Shown in pieces: positions 38,201 through 63,014 of a stretch of 64,000 nt of DNA. A program made the translations under genes and the position numbers. Numbering within the stretch: the first letter of the stretch is position 1; every line of letters starts with the position of its first letter. Below the pieces are notes generated by a model that saw nothing but the letters and a program-made list of their open reading frames with translations, was not told the origin of the DNA and made no database searches. The stretch is taken from positions 21,328,001 to 21,392,000 of the forward strand of contig CM120641.1 in the NCBI GenBank assembly GCA_051362555.1, read 5' to 3'. Source of the stretch: Lingula anatina (lineage: Eukaryota; Animalia; Brachiopoda).

Positions 38201-41200
38201 TACTTTTCACCATGAACTGAACTTTGCATAGTTTGCTTCCCCTTTATCTCCAAAACTGGCAGAGATAGGTCCATAGTTACTATTGAACGTGAATAGGAAG
38301 TCATATACTGGCAATCTAAGTGTGACCTTGAAATTGACCTTTGACCTACTTATTATCATGAACTGAACTCTGCTAATTTCTTTCTCTTTTAACTCCAAAC
38401 CTGGCAGAGATAGGCCCATAGTTACTATTGAAGTTGAATAGGAAGTCAAATACTGGCAATTTACTGTGACCTTGGAATTGACCTTTGACCTACCTTGCGA
38501 TGAACTTAACTTTGATTGTACCATTTTTAGTAATGTATATATTTTTTGCATATTTTGAAAATTCTTGTTGATTGCATTTTTACAGCTTGTCAAGCGCAAG
38601 ACTGGTGGCTGTGTTCCTTATTTTGTATATGTGGGGGTCTATATGAATGCGCTTGCTCCAGCTGGTGGTACAATATTCGGAGGCGGTATCGCCTCTCTGA
38701 TCCTCTAGTTTTGTTTAGTTTTATAATTAGTTGAACTTTCCATAGTTATAGTGTACAGATTTTGTCATATCTTTTTGTGCTATTTCTAGAAATACCATGC
38801 TTAAAATCTCATTGTAGGGGTAAAACCCAAGTCTGGCTGGGCCATTGACCCATTTGGCCATTCTCCAACTATGGCGTATTTCTTGAAGAGGATGGGCTTG
38901 AAGAATATGTTGATTCAAAGGGTGCATTATTCAGTTAAGAAATACCTAGCTCAGACCAAAAATCTTGAGTTTCTATGGAGACAGAATTGGGGTAATTGTT
39001 TCTCATGATGTTTTAATTTCAACCTTTTGAGATTCATGACTAATTTTTCTGTGGAATTTTCTGTTAGTATATACATAGTGGAAGGATGATGATTACGGAT
39101 TTCATTGCTATTACTTATCTATAATTGAATATAATTGGTATTTGAAAAAATATACAAGTCACCAGATATTAAATTGATCTTTTGTCATCTCCAGCAAAGG
39201 CTTGCTGCACTTAACTGCCTCACACTGCCTCACACTTGCTGCACTTAACTGCCTCACTGTGCCTATATTTATAAAATTGATTATTTTCATCTTCGACAGA
39301 GGCTTGCCACACTACGATATCTCATGCTGTTACACACTGATACTCTTCATTGTCAATATGACATCTTCATCAGTCTGCACTAGCATCTCTAGTTATTGCC
39401 ACTGGTGAGAACCATAGTTTGTCACAAAAGAAAAATTCACAATCTGATATCATTTTCAAGCCGAAGAACATATCAAAACATAGATTACCTCTCTCTCTTT
39501 TTCAGACCATGATGGAAGCACAGATATGTTCTGCCATATGATGCCATTCTACAGTTACGATGTCCCCCACACTTGTGGTCCCGACCCCAAGATCTGCTGT
39601 CAGTATGACTTCAAACGTCTTCCAGGGGGCAGGGTAACCTGTCCATGGAGAGTGCCTCCAGTACCCATTACAAATAATAATGTGGCACAGAAGTGAGTTT
39701 CATTTATTTAATTGAAATTTTAAGAACCCATCATTGCTATTATTTATTTAAGTTTAACCAATAACGCTGTATAGAAAATGTAAATTGAAAGTTACTCAAA
39801 CTTTCAAAATTTTTATACTGTGTAAATAAGTTTATTATTATTAGTGACATATGTGGACCAATAAAAATTGATTTGGTAAAAAGTTTCATGCCATATTTCT
39901 GCATTTCTGGCTATAATAACACACGTAACCTAATTCTCTGAGGACGATGTCTTGTGAGATGTTAAAATATATGAGTGATGATAACTCTTATTTTTACCTG
40001 TTGTTCTGTTATTGTAACTTGGAATGCATAACACAGCTTAACATATTCTTTGTTATACTGATAGGTTTACTGTACACACTTTTCAGAGCTGAGATACTAC
40101 TAGACCAGTACAGAAAGAAGGCTTCTTTGTACAGAAATAATGTAGTCCTAGTTATACTGGGAGATGACTTCCGCTATGACAAGCCAGAAGAGTGGGAAAA
40201 CCAGTTTGGAAATTACAAGAAACTTTTTGACTACATGAATGCCAAACCAGATTGGCATGTGCAGGTAATTCTTATAATGGTTAAAGATTTTTTTCAGGGT
40301 GGCCTGCATCATTATGCTCAGAGTATGTTAGTCTGTTTGTAGTGTTTTGATGTTGTCTAAATTTGTGGAAGCTTAGTAAAGCTTGACCTGAAAAAAAATT
40401 TTTTTTTTAAATTAATATATAGTGTTATCAGTGTTTCTTTTCATTTAAAAGTACTACAGGTTTGATGGAACAGATTCTGTTGATTTCTACTGAGAAAGGA
40501 TTCAGTACAGGTAAACCATTGTAAGATATTTTAGTCCATATTGTACAATTAATTTCCTCATTGTAGGCTCAGTTTGGGACCCTCTCTGATTATTTTGATG
40601 CTTTGCGAGAGAGGGCAGGCACAGAAGCAGACGACACTCCCACTGGCTACCCCCAGTTGGCTGGAGACTTCTTCACCTATGCTGACCGTGATGACCATTA
40701 CTGGAGTGGCTATTTTACTTCTAGACCATTCTATAAACATTTAGATAGAGTAGCAGAGTCTAATTTGAGGTATAATATTTTGATATGAAATCATGTCTTA
40801 GTGTAACTGTAAGACAAATATAATATTTTTGATTTTATTTATCAATGACTGTAAGATGAGAATAGAAAATGGATAAGTAACAAGAAATTGGTTTGTATAA
40901 GAAAGAAGTACAAAGCGTAAACATGAAGATGGGGCACAAAGATAAAACAACTTAAGAGGGAATCATGACATGACGAAGTTCTTTGTCTAAATCAAAACAG
41001 AGAAGAGCACAAAAGAAGGATGCAAAAATGAAATTATAAATGTATCAATAAATTTGTGAATCAAACAATGCATGATTGAAAACTACATGCATACATTAAC
41101 AAGTGGTACTAAAGTATCTTTCAGCATGATTTTTTTCTTGGGTGTTTTCAATCAAAGCATAATATACTGTTTATAGACAAATTTCATTTGTATCAATATT

Positions 41201-43804
41201 AAATCAGTTATATAATGAAATCTGGTTGAAGATGAAAGAACCTTTAATTACAATCAAATGTGTCATAAGGAATAGTGTTTTTAAGTTTAAAAACTTTTTT
41301 CAGGAAAGCAGAAGTTTTATACAGTCTGGCCACTGCCCTATCCAGAAAACAAGCTTCATCAACATTCCCTGCCAGTGCTATGTTGGAGAAAATTATAGTT
41401 GCAAGGAGAAGTCTTGCCTTATTTCAACATCATGACGCCATAACTGGAACAGGAAAAGACCATGTTGTTATCGATTATGCTAATATGTGAGTCATATCTT
41501 TGGATAAGTGATTTGTAAAAAGGAAAAAAAAATAGGACAAAATGGTCTGTTTGATATTCTAAACCTGAAAGAGAAAGGCTATTTTGTGAAACATTCTAAA
41601 GGTGTCTAAATGGTATATTTTTATGGATTTTTGGTGTATCATTTTGATTAAGCACTCTTAAAAGGAATTAATCAGAGTTTATCACTGTGTTTATTGATGA
41701 TATCCAAAATTCAAAGACCAAAGGCTGTTTTTTGATAGATAAGTATATCATTCCCTAAGCCATAATATTATGTTTGATGAAGTCATTTTAATTTATCACA
41801 GATTCTAAATTCAGTTAGGCTTGTTGATGTGTATAGTTGTACGATATCTGCAATATAATATGAAAGTTTATTCCAGGATACTTAATGGCATGCAGAACTG
41901 TAAGACTGTGATCAGTGTGTGTGCTCACTTCCTTCTGGCAAAAGACAAGAGTCAATATGCGCATGATCCTTCAACTCTTTATTTTGATGTGGTGAGAATT
42001 TGACCTATTAATTTATATCATATCACTAAAATATGCTTCACTTCAGGTGCTCATTAGAATAAAATCCTTTTGAGTGATGATTTGATTTTAGTAAATCAAT
42101 TGTGGATAATTTGTGTAAAGATTTTAGGACATGTAAGTTAATTGGGCTTACTTGAACATAATTTTTCTCTCAGATGACAGAACATTTTCACTGGAATATT
42201 ATTCTGACCCTAAACAGTTATTTAGTTGGAAATGATCAGACAAAGAATTTACTTTTTCTGTCCAAATCAAGTGATTGAGGGATTTTTTGTTTAAGGGATT
42301 AGAACTAGCAGCTGTTAGAAAGCAAAATAAAATTACATCTTTTGACTTGAGAGCTAAACCTGATTATAAATTCATCATTGAGGTTTTATTTTCATTTGGC
42401 TTTTATGCTTATATTGGATTAATGTATGCAATTTTATATATTCACTTATTTTTTTATCAGGATGAGCAAAGAGTTGCACAAGATTCTCTTCCCCAGAAGA
42501 CAGTTATCAAATTATTACCAGAACCAAGGTAACATGCCTTTATGAGTATGGAAGGTACACATGAGTACACAAGCATATAAGCATAGTCTTGAAAATTTCA
42601 TTTATTTTATATAGTGGAAATCTTTGCTCTTCTTCTTTAAGAATATTATGTATTTCTCAATTAGATAGAGCTTGACTGTAACTTTGTGGTATAATGCTTT
42701 TTTTCATCTTCTTCAATCAATACTTCAAAACATATGGACTTGATTAAAGAAAGTAATGAAGCTGTATTTACTCATGATTATATTGATGAAAAGTGTTTCT
42801 TTTGATGAAAATTTATTTTTTTTGATCTATTATTGTTTTTTTTCCCTCAGGACTGTGATATTGTATAATTCCCTCTCACAAGAGAGATCAGACATCGTCA
42901 GGCTGTATGTATCTGAACCCTTTGTAGAAGTCAAAGACCCTCTTGGAAATGTTGTTCAGACTCAGACAGACCTCTTTTGGATGAACAATGAAGAGTCTTC
43001 TTCTGACATTTATAAGGTATGTGATTATTTTGCTTCTATTTCAACCTGATATTTAATTATTTTTAAACGGAAAAGGTGTAATTTTACTCAAATGTTTTGG
43101 GTGATTCTACTCCATAGGGACGGAAGAGACTAACTGGCAAAGTTTGTAGGTATATTTTCATCTATTAAATGCCTCATATTTTCATTTTTCATGTAGGTGC
43201 TCATTGTTGCTCAGTAAATAGAGTGCAAATTTAAATTTCAGGTTTCATTTGTTGCTCAAGTACCTGCTCTTGGTCTCAGTAAATATACTATCCGTAAAGT
43301 ACAAGAAGGAACCAATCCATCTGCTACATTTCCAGTTATTGTGATGTATAATGCTCAAAGTACCACTTCAATTACTAGGTGAGCACACATTCAGAGTTCT
43401 TCACTGACAAAATATATTTGGCTTTGCTTTGTTATGGAATTTTTGTTATGTTTAGATAGACTTATTTAGTTTAAGTAATGAAAATGAGAAACTTATTTTA
43501 GTTATTTGGAAAAGAAAAAAAATGATAACATTGGTTGATTATTTGTTTATAGTCTAAGTATTTAAATTTGTTTAAATGGTAACTACCGATTGTCATTTCC
43601 ACTAACTAACATATAATGAATTGTAATACATATGCCCATTTCTGTTTGTTTTGCAGGGGACCATTTAAAATTTTTAGAAAGATAACTGAAGAGTTTTCTA
43701 TTGAAAATTCAGATATGAAAGTGCAGTTTTCAAATGGGGGAATGATCAAGGTATATATTCCATGACATCTAATTATGATAATATTGTTCATAAAAAAAAA
43801 TCAA

Positions 43805-43900
<96 letters not shown>

Positions 43901-45037
43901 CAATTATACCTTTTATTCATTAATATCTTTCAAAAGTTTCAAAATGTGGTTACTCTACAAAATATTCTTTATTATGATTTTTGAAAAAAATTATTGAATG
44001 CAAAATTTTGATAGCCCTTTTTAAGACTGTGTTTTTGAATCAAGTATATAATATTCTATTTCAATTACATATTTGATGTGATTGTTCAACATCTGTTGAG
44101 AAACATTATGCAATGCCCCGCTTGATTTTTAGTCTATAACCACAGTCAAAGATGGCCAAGTTAACCAAGTCCAGGTGCAGTTTGTAAAGTATGGGACCAT
44201 TAATGCTAAAGAGAAGAGTGGGGCTTACCTGTTCCTGCCAAATGGACCTGCTCAGGTAAGCAGAGGGTGTTAGGAGGTTCAAATGAATTGCCCTTTTGGC
44301 TTGAAAATGCCTTCTATAAATCAAAATTCGATCTAGGTTCTGTTGCCAGCAGTAAAGCATAAGTAGGTTTCATGTTAAAAAAGGTGTACTTTTTCGAAAA
44401 AAAGAATCCAGAGCATTATATGGTAATTGATTGAAAATTTAGAGCTTATTAAAATATTATTATAATTTTAACAAAAATATTGCAACAGTTATGGAGAATA
44501 TCACAAATTCACTAATTAATTCAAATAATCACTGTGTCTTATAGTCACTGATTAATTATTGAAAAATATATTTTTCATCAGAATATAGATGTAGGAAACC
44601 CATTCATCCGGGTTGTACAAGGTGCCCTGATGTCTGAGGTCCATGTATTCATCCCCCATGTAGAACACACTGTGAGGGTTTGTAACTCTCCAGGTAGGTA
44701 GTTAAGTATAGACATTATACCAAGGATATCAAGAACAAAAGATCCAGGTGTGATGCATCTCCAATAAATGCATGATATGCACACTGCAAGTTTCGCCAAG
44801 CCTAGATCTTTTGTCCTCACTGTGCACTGTAGTATGAGTTGCATACTCTATTTGTCAGTGCCATGTGGTGTCTGCTCATGCATGGCAGTCAAGTATATCA
44901 GATACTGACTTATTACTGGATGTGGCCAAGCATGAAGAGAGATCCAGGATAAAGTCTAAATCATTTTAGAAGACAATTAAATGGAGTTAATTAAATTACC
45001 ACTGTGCAAACAATGAAATGTTGTTTGGCTTGAGTGC

Positions 45038-45090
<53 letters not shown>

Positions 45091-46359
45091 AAGAGAGAGG
45101 ATGGAATTTTTAACCACAAGGCTAAAGACTATTAGATAACTGATTAATATATTTTTCTGTTGGCAAAATCCAGACCTAGAGTGATTTATTTTTAACTGTG
45201 CTGCTACATAATTTGCCATGCCAGTCCATGTTATTTGAATAATTCACATGCTCAGGCACCCTCATGTTAAGATTTATGTCTTTAAATTAACAGTATGATT
45301 AATGAGGTGCAATCTTCATGTGTTTCAGGCACCAGTGGATCATCTGTAGGCATACACAATATAGTTGACATCCGTGGGGAGTCCAATTATGAAATAGCTA
45401 TGAGGCTAATGACTGATATCCAAAATAGTGATGGCCAGTTCTTCACTGATCTCAATGGATTTCAGGTATTGAGATATGGGTTTGGGTTAAATTTGTTTAA
45501 TGCCTTTAACGTCCCCATTTCCCTTACTGTGCTTCTGTGGTAATTAAAACTTTATTAAGTGATTAATTCCATTAAATGATGAAGCCATTGATGTATAGAT
45601 CTTTCCTATCATAAAATTTGATAGACAAATTGTGCATCCACTCCTGTTGTTTATATTGATTTGTATTGCAACAGTCTGAAATGATATATTCTATTTTAGA
45701 TGCAAAAGAGGAAAATGCAAAGGAAACTACCTCTGCAAGCCAACTTTTATCCTATCTCAACCATGGCTTATATTCAGGATGGACAGTCTCGGTTCAGTGT
45801 CATGACTGCACAGAGTTTGGGAGGCTCTTCTCTCAAAACTGGTATGGCTAGTTTTAGTCAGTCCCCCAATTTCTTCAGATAAGGAAGTGATAAGGAGAAT
45901 GTTTATTAAAGGCCTGATGAATGATATTTTACTGATGATCAAAATCCTGATTATTAAATCATATTGTTTGAATTTATTGAGTAGATACAGTTGTACCACA
46001 TGGCTTTGTTTACAGGCTGGTTGGAGGTTGTACTGGACAGACGTCTAATGCAAGATGATAACCGGGGGCTGATGCAAGGAGTGAAGGACAACAAAAGAAC
46101 TGATTATCAGTTCAGGATATTATTGGAAAGGAAGCTAAGTGACGCCAAGGTAAGTGAGGTCACTTTGTGGAGAAAAATTGTTGTCGCTACATTCTGTAAA
46201 CATGGGCTGCTGGCCTGATGTCAGTGGACATTTTTCCAGTTCAGACATTTCCCCTTGGACACCTAATTGAGGTTATAGTTTGTTAGATCATTCTCAGTCT
46301 TTTATTACTTCTTAATCATGAAGATTAAAGCTGTCACAGTTTAATTAATTTAGCTGATT

Positions 46360-46420
<61 letters not shown>

Positions 46421-47491
46421 TGATTCAACTAAATATCAAATCTGCCATGAATATAAGATTTTTAAAATTTTCAATGTGAACATTGTTTTACATCTTTTTG
46501 GTAATTTTGCAATAAACTTTTTGAACACTACTTGCCTGTTTTTGATTGTTTTTGTATGATTATAAATTAAGAAGTTACACAAGTGAATATTATTGCTGAA
46601 TAATTTCATTTATTTTTCTATATTTTCAGCCCCTTCCAACACAGCCAATGGGGTATCCGTCTCTACTGGGGCAGATGTCCTCCTTGGATTTGTTGCATCC
46701 CATGCACATCATTCCTCAGTCACAGCACGTCACAACACTTACACCACTGGAGCCACAGTATTCGGCCCTCACTGCTGATTTACCATGTGAACTTCACTTT
46801 CTAAACCTCAGGACTCTACAGATAGCTGAGGGGGATTTCACACCATCTCAAACAGCAGCATTACTTGTTCATAGATTTGCATTTGATTGTTCTTATCCAG
46901 CATATGGATTCAAGTGCAGTATATCAGGTGGACAGGTGGGTTGGATTTCCTGTTGTGTATTTGGCTATATTTTGTGTTGGTATTTTTTTACGTGTTCAAA
47001 CTAGACAATACAGTGAGATCATGTCAAAACACTATAACAATATTTAATTTAGTCTTTATAATAGAAATATTAGAATTACCCTCAAGATACTGTTAGCCAA
47101 TTTTAAAAATATCTCACAATTGCCCTTGTTGAAACTCGATTGAAAAAATTGACTGCATGAATTGTGTCTCTTCTCTTCTCTTTATGACTTATCTCTGCTC
47201 CCTCTCTGAATTTCAGCATTTCACTCCTCAAAACTCTCCAACTCTGTAGGACATTATTGCATCTCCATAAAAGAGTTTGGTACTGAACATAAACTATAAA
47301 GTTTATACCAAAAATAAAAAAAAAACTTTCATTTTCAGTTTACACTTGAGGGCATGCTGAAGTCCCCAAGGATAACCAAGGCAACTTCCACCTCACTTTC
47401 ATTGATGTATGACAGTCATAATGTGGATCTCACTACAGCCGTACAAATCCACCCCATGGAAATAAATGCATACAAAGTTCACTTGAGCTGA
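28934..47491 (+). CDS. MAN2A1: Golgi alpha-mannosidase II (GH38), ~1152 aa, 23 coding exons
   Basis: Exons: 28934-29050 (type II signal-anchor [24 protein letters not shown]), 30241-30306, 33910-34128, 34936-35080 (VPHSHCDPG), 35427-35598, 36189-36316 (GGWVMNDEA), 38818-38991 (WAIDPFGHS nucleophile), 39506-39692 ([15 protein letters not shown]), 40087-40264 (LGDDFRY), 40567-40769 ([10 protein letters not shown]), 41304-41486 ([10 protein letters not shown]), 41877-41991, 42461-42528, 42851-43016, 43242-43378, 43657-43750, 44133-44255 (SGAYLF), 44582-44693, 45329-45465 (TDLNGFQ), 45700-45841, 46016-46149 ([12 protein letters not shown]), 46630-46935, 47339-47491. The total of 3459 nt is in frame. 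It is probably co-orthologous to vertebrate MAN2A1/MAN2A2. Confidence 0.95.
29161..29262 (+). repeat. G-rich tract with a ~30-nt poly-G (G-quadruplex potential) in MAN2A1 intron 1
   Basis: Poly-G at 29220-29249 is flanked by several GGG/GGGG runs. Confidence 0.8.
30432..33696. mobile_element. 3.27-kb non-autonomous TIR DNA transposon (TA-flanked, Tc1/mariner-like) in MAN2A1 intron 2
   Basis: 27-bp TIRs TACGGTAATGTGCCATGAATTTCGAAC (30432-30458) and GTTCGAAATTCATGGCACTTTACCGTA (33670-33696) differ by 1 mismatch. Repeated sub-terminal CGAAATTCA motifs occur at both ends. CpG content rises sharply exactly between the TIRs. No transposase ORF is recognisable. Confidence 0.85.
36632..38710 (+). 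mobile_element. Non-autonomous Helentron/HINE element, copy 2 (~6 x 146-bp repeats), in a MAN2A1 intron
   Basis: Reads, in order: 5' hairpin TTATTGTACCACCAGCG-TAGG-CGCTGGCGGTACA, (CCGGCTCCG)n at 36693-36752, core, 146-bp array at ~37655-38500, sub-TIR GCTGGTGGTACAAT, hairpin GAGGCGGTATCGCCTC, and the CTAG-TT end at 38705-38710. Confidence 0.88.
37655..38500. repeat. 146-bp tandem repeat array (~6 units), reverse orientation relative to copies 1 and 3
   Basis: GACCTTTGACCTAC recurs at ~37750, 37896, 38042, 38190, 38336 and 38480. Confidence 0.92.
43809..43898. repeat. (TA)n microsatellite (~45 units)
   Basis: Directly visible. Confidence 0.95.
45041..45088. repeat. (TG)n microsatellite
   Basis: Directly visible. 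Confidence 0.95.
46362..46417. repeat. (AT)n microsatellite
   Basis: Directly visible. Confidence 0.95.
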
Positions 47492-50400
47492 GTTTGTGGA
47501 GATGGAGTTGACCCTGAGCTTAAGATTCAGATGGGCGATCTTCACGACTGTCAGTGAACTGTGGGGCATTTATGTGGAAAATTTGATGTGCGTGGGATCT
47601 GAAGCTCAGGGTAAAATAGTCATATTAGAGATGGATTTTGAATGCCCTTTTTCATGATGACAATTGGATGTTTTAATGTCCATGTTTCAGCACTGGAAGC
47701 CAAGAACAGCATTCAAGATTTGACTTGGAAGATTCTCAGCTTGGATGCCTGAAACTGATTATAGAAAATGATAATTGTTTTGTATTAAATTATTTATGTG
47801 ACAAAAGTTTTAAGTGCAGTGGCATTTAGTTTTGTATCATAAAATGTTAATTTATCTAATTTCGGAATCCTTAAGTGTCTGTAGAGTGTTTGGTGGACCA
47901 GAAACTAAAAAGATTTTAATAATTATTTTAGAATTTAAAATTGCACTTATTGCATGGTATTAGGCTGACAAGAAATGAGAGATAAGTAATTATAGTTATC
48001 CTTTACGAATAGTTATCCTTTATTACAGTCATTCGCATTGGTACTGTACTATCAGTAATGGTGCTGACACCAAGGCATACCTTTAATGTTTACCATGCAT
48101 AGTGCATTTAAGAAAAAGTTAGGAACATATCTATGCTCTAGAATGACTGGATCTGTTTTGAAAACTAGTCTGTTTGTGGATATCTTTACAAAATGAGAAG
48201 AAAGCAGATGTTGTTCGGTATTAGTATGAACTTATTTTATAAGGGGTTTTGGATTGGGGAGGGGAGGGGGGGGGAAGAGGAGTTACAGTTATATCAGACA
48301 AGATAATAGCTGGTGATTATACCTGTTCTACATAGGATTTTTTGCCCATAAGGGATAAACCTAATAATTAATGACACATATTATGGAAATATTGGTATTT
48401 CATTTGCCTTGGTTATTTATCCCATTTTACTTGTGTCTTATGGTAACCATTTGAAAAGTATGTGCCAGATGTTACTCTTAGTTTATGAGTACGAAATTGA
48501 CCACCAAGCTTTCTTTGGGTGATATATTGCCAATTTTATTTTTGGTTAATAAAAGTGTCCAAGCATGTGTAATGCAATAATACATTCCATCAATGTAAAT
48601 ACAGCGCCATCAGTAATGGTACTGACACACACATATATATATATATACTGTGATCTCTGATGCAATATTACCATGTTATACCCAGTTAGATATTTTCAGG
48701 CTCAAAGTCAACTGTAGGCCTGTTTAACAAAAAGAAGAGTCAGTTTTTGGGCCAAGATCTCGGCCTACTAAATTGTAATTGCAGAAGTTGTAATTCTAAA
48801 GGGCCACTTACCTTGTTTTTTGGTCTTTTAATGAAGGACCTACAGCAAATTGTGATTGTATTGACTATCAGTGGTGACATTAGTCCATTTAGACATGTCA
48901 AATACATTTATTGTGGACCAATTATTTCTAAAACCTTTTAGGCCAAGGAAACAAAGTCAACTTTGCATTGTCAGCTGCCCCATTTTAGTGACTAAGCTGA
49001 GCCCTGGAACTTGCCCTTGGCGAAAATTAAATATATATACAATTAAAGTGATACAGGCTTGCATTGGAAATTATTATTTTATGAAAAAACAAGTACCAGC
49101 CCAAGTCATATTTTCTTAATTTAATCAACAATATGTGGATGATGTGAAATTTATTGGCTTAAGTCAGTAATTTAAATACATTTAAAAAATGGGAGCCCAG
49201 TTAGACGCACTAAGAATTGGGTTCTTGACAGTATTGAGGATGTATAAATATGCAATTTATGTATTTTGTTGTGGACAGATGATTTTTAAATGTCAGTGAA
49301 GTCTAGTCAGCATTTCTTTTGCTTGAATTACCATCATTAGACAGCTTGAGCTGTTTATCAAAATATTGCTTTTTTTTATTAGTATTATTATGCCCCCATG
49401 GGAGTACGGAGGTTCAATGTCAGATGTGTATCTTTTACAGAGAATTAAAATTCAAAATGATATTCTGTAACAGTCCATTCTTTCTATCATTATTGTGTAA
49501 GTGTTTGTGGATTCAACTTGTGTTTTCACTGAATAATGAAGTGTAACATAAAACTTGCAAGGGGTCACAGTTGGGCCAAATTTAATGGAGGTGGAGGCAA
49601 GATTAGATAGATTTGTAATCAACATTAACACCAGTTTTGTTTAACTGGTGCAGACTTGAGAAAGAAAGGACAAGGTGCCTCCTGGATATGCAAAAGACGT
49701 AACCTTGTCGGAATATCTTGTACCATTTAGACTTTTTATAGGTTTTGTCATTGCATTTGTATATAAACCATGCCATTTTATCAGAATTTTAATAATTTAT
49801 AGAGAAAAATATTGGAAAACATCACTGACATCAGTCCATTCATAGCAGCGTGCCAATGATGTATGATGCAAATTTGATTGGGAGAGGGGAACTTTCATTA
49901 TATTCAATTGTATGTTAATTATGATATTGTGAAAAATACTGGATAGATATTTATTTAAAGCTTGGTCCAGATAAAAAACTTGCAGAGCAAGAAATTTTGC
50001 ATTTATATGACAATTCTATTGTGGTAAAATGTGAACTGTTAAGAGTGGATGTTTTTTGTCACCTTTTATTAACAACTCCATTGTAGTTCATAGAAGCAAC
50101 CCTATTTAAGGCAAAAATAAAAGTACACTATTTCAAATGAAAAGGAAACTGGGGCAACAAGCCCCAAGTTGACTAGTGAAGGTTTTATGAAAGAGGGCAG
50201 TGACATATTCCACCTTATTTAAACAACTCGTGATACATTTTTAAATTTCAATAAAATTGTCTTCATATGTTTTTGTCACCTTTTTTTTATAAATTAAACC
50301 CAAATTTGAAGCTTTACATCAAAACATGTAATTGTGTTTAAATATAATTCTAAATCTCTCCATTTTTTTATCTATTGAAAACAATTAGTAAGAAGCACTG

Positions 50401-52779
50401 TTGTACATAAAGGAAGAAACCACTGAACAAAATCAACCAAATTTTATTATCTAGTCCAGTAAATATATAAAGATGCATTACATCCTGGGGAAAATAAAAA
50501 AATGGTTTAAGTAAACTTAATTATGTTCACAGCACACCCAACATGCAAGAATCCTGGGTTTGTGGACCACATAACATCCCTTACAGCAGTATAATTATTA
50601 AAAATATTTTTTTGAAAAAAATTCCATCACCATGACAATTAATAACTATTATAAAATTAAAATACTCATTGCCTTTTTTTAGGAAAAGTAAGCAAAGAAT
50701 GCTCTGTTAACAAACTATAAAACTGACCTTCCACTGAATGCGGTAATTATTCCTTTTCCTTCAAACCAGCTTTCACATCTTAATCATTTTGTGTCCAATA
50801 GGAATTCACTTTATGGCATAAATATGTCATATTGAAAATGTGTAGGATTGATAGAAAAGATCGACATACTATACCACATCCTACATGGAGGCTCCTTATT
50901 TGGAGGGATGGCAAAAAATCAGTCTGGCTCATCTGAACCAACAAAAACCTTGATATATGCATTACAGTATAAGAATAGATGAAGAATATGAAGAAATGGA
51001 TTTTTTACCTATAAATAACTTCTATAATAAATATATTTGTTCTTAACCTTTTCCCTGTATTTTTTTCTCACTGGATGTAAGTTGTAGATATTTCTATAAA
51101 TTAGCATGGACAAAACTCATATCACCAAAAATCCACCTCAAAGACAGCTTAAGTTTATACCCATCAGATCCAACAAGAGTCTTAAAAGCCGGATGCATTT
51201 CTGTTGTTCAGACGGATTTCAAATTCCTGATAGAAGTAAGTTACTGTTTCCCTACCCCGAGTTTTGAAGGTGGATTTCATTTCTCCAAAATATCAAATCA
51301 GTTATGGCATACATAATGCTGTAACAGATGAGGCACAGTTTCCAATTATTTCATAGCTGAGACTTAGAGTGCTTTTTTTTTTACCCTGTGACTCTGTATC
51401 ATGACATCTGGTTGAAATATTTTATTAAAGTCCCAACACCTTCTCTATCACATGTATCAACATACACTTGGTATCAATGGATCATTAAGATTATAAAAAC
51501 CAAAAAACAAATATCTAAATACCTGGAGCAACACAGTGAACCTCGCAGAATAAAATCAGTTTTGGATTATATAAGAACATTTTTGTTAAAACAGGTTGAA
51601 GAATACTTTCATTTCACTAGCACATAATGACAAGTGACAGCAAATCATTACTTTTCATTGCACATACACACGTGATAACACAGCAAGCAGTAGCTATCAT
51701 AAAACTTCATGTACTATAATTGCTGGTATCATAAAAGGCCTGATTGGGATTAAGCTTTGCCTTTTTGATTATTTCACTGCACTTTGACCACTAAAACTTT
51801 TTGTCAGCCTATTGGCTGATAAAGTCCAAGCTTTGTGGTTTTAATTTGAACATATTGCTTCAGTATACAAATGCACCAGACACAAAGTTTGATTCACTTT
51901 TGACTAGTTTCATTAAATCTACTTCAAGCACAAGAGTGCCTTTTTAACTTATTCTCACATAATGACTCCATTAACTTAATTTCTTAATATATTATCTTAT
52001 ATCTTAAGTACTGGCACGAAGATAATATACCTTATTACTTGTTTATTGTGTTAGTTCATAAACTGGGCTTGATAGGTATTGTTAACAAATAAACTTGAGA
52101 GAAATTAACTACCAAGCTAACAAGATATCTGAGGATAACCTTAGACAATTTAACTACCACTTTTCTTCAAGGCAATGTGGGATTTCCTATAGGTGAAAGG
52201 CACAAGGGTAATATTCTAATTTACCAGAAATTATTCACAGATACAATGAATGAAAAAAATCTTCCTCTACAATCCTCCTGGGAGGTAAATGTCTCCCAAA
52301 TAATTCACAACGCATTACCAATCACAAATGGGATAACTGAGCTTCAATAATGTCATTTTTGAGTAATAATCATGGGCAATTTTCCAAACAGACTTTCCAA
52401 TGTAATTGAGACTAGAAAAGTGGTATAAAATTTCCCTGTGTAAACAAAACATTGATTATAATTTGGCTGTTTAAGCACAGTCAAGCTACTTTGAAAATTT
52501 GTAAATCTGTTAAAACCAGCATAAAACAGCTTTAGTATCATAACTTTTCTGTTCTTAGCACCCAAAAGACAATTTAGCCATGCAGAGACAAAAGCACTCT
52601 TACAGAATTTTGCAAAAATCAGCTCAATATAGCGGGAACATTTTTCCATTCTCTCTGCAGCAAAATGATAATTTAGCCATGCTGGTTTTAGTTTTGCCTG
52701 ACCTGTATATGCCTTGGATGGATGACAAACATTATTGTGAGCTATGCGTCCTACTGTGACCAGCAATGCGTCCCTCATG

Positions 52780-63014
<10,235 letters not shown>

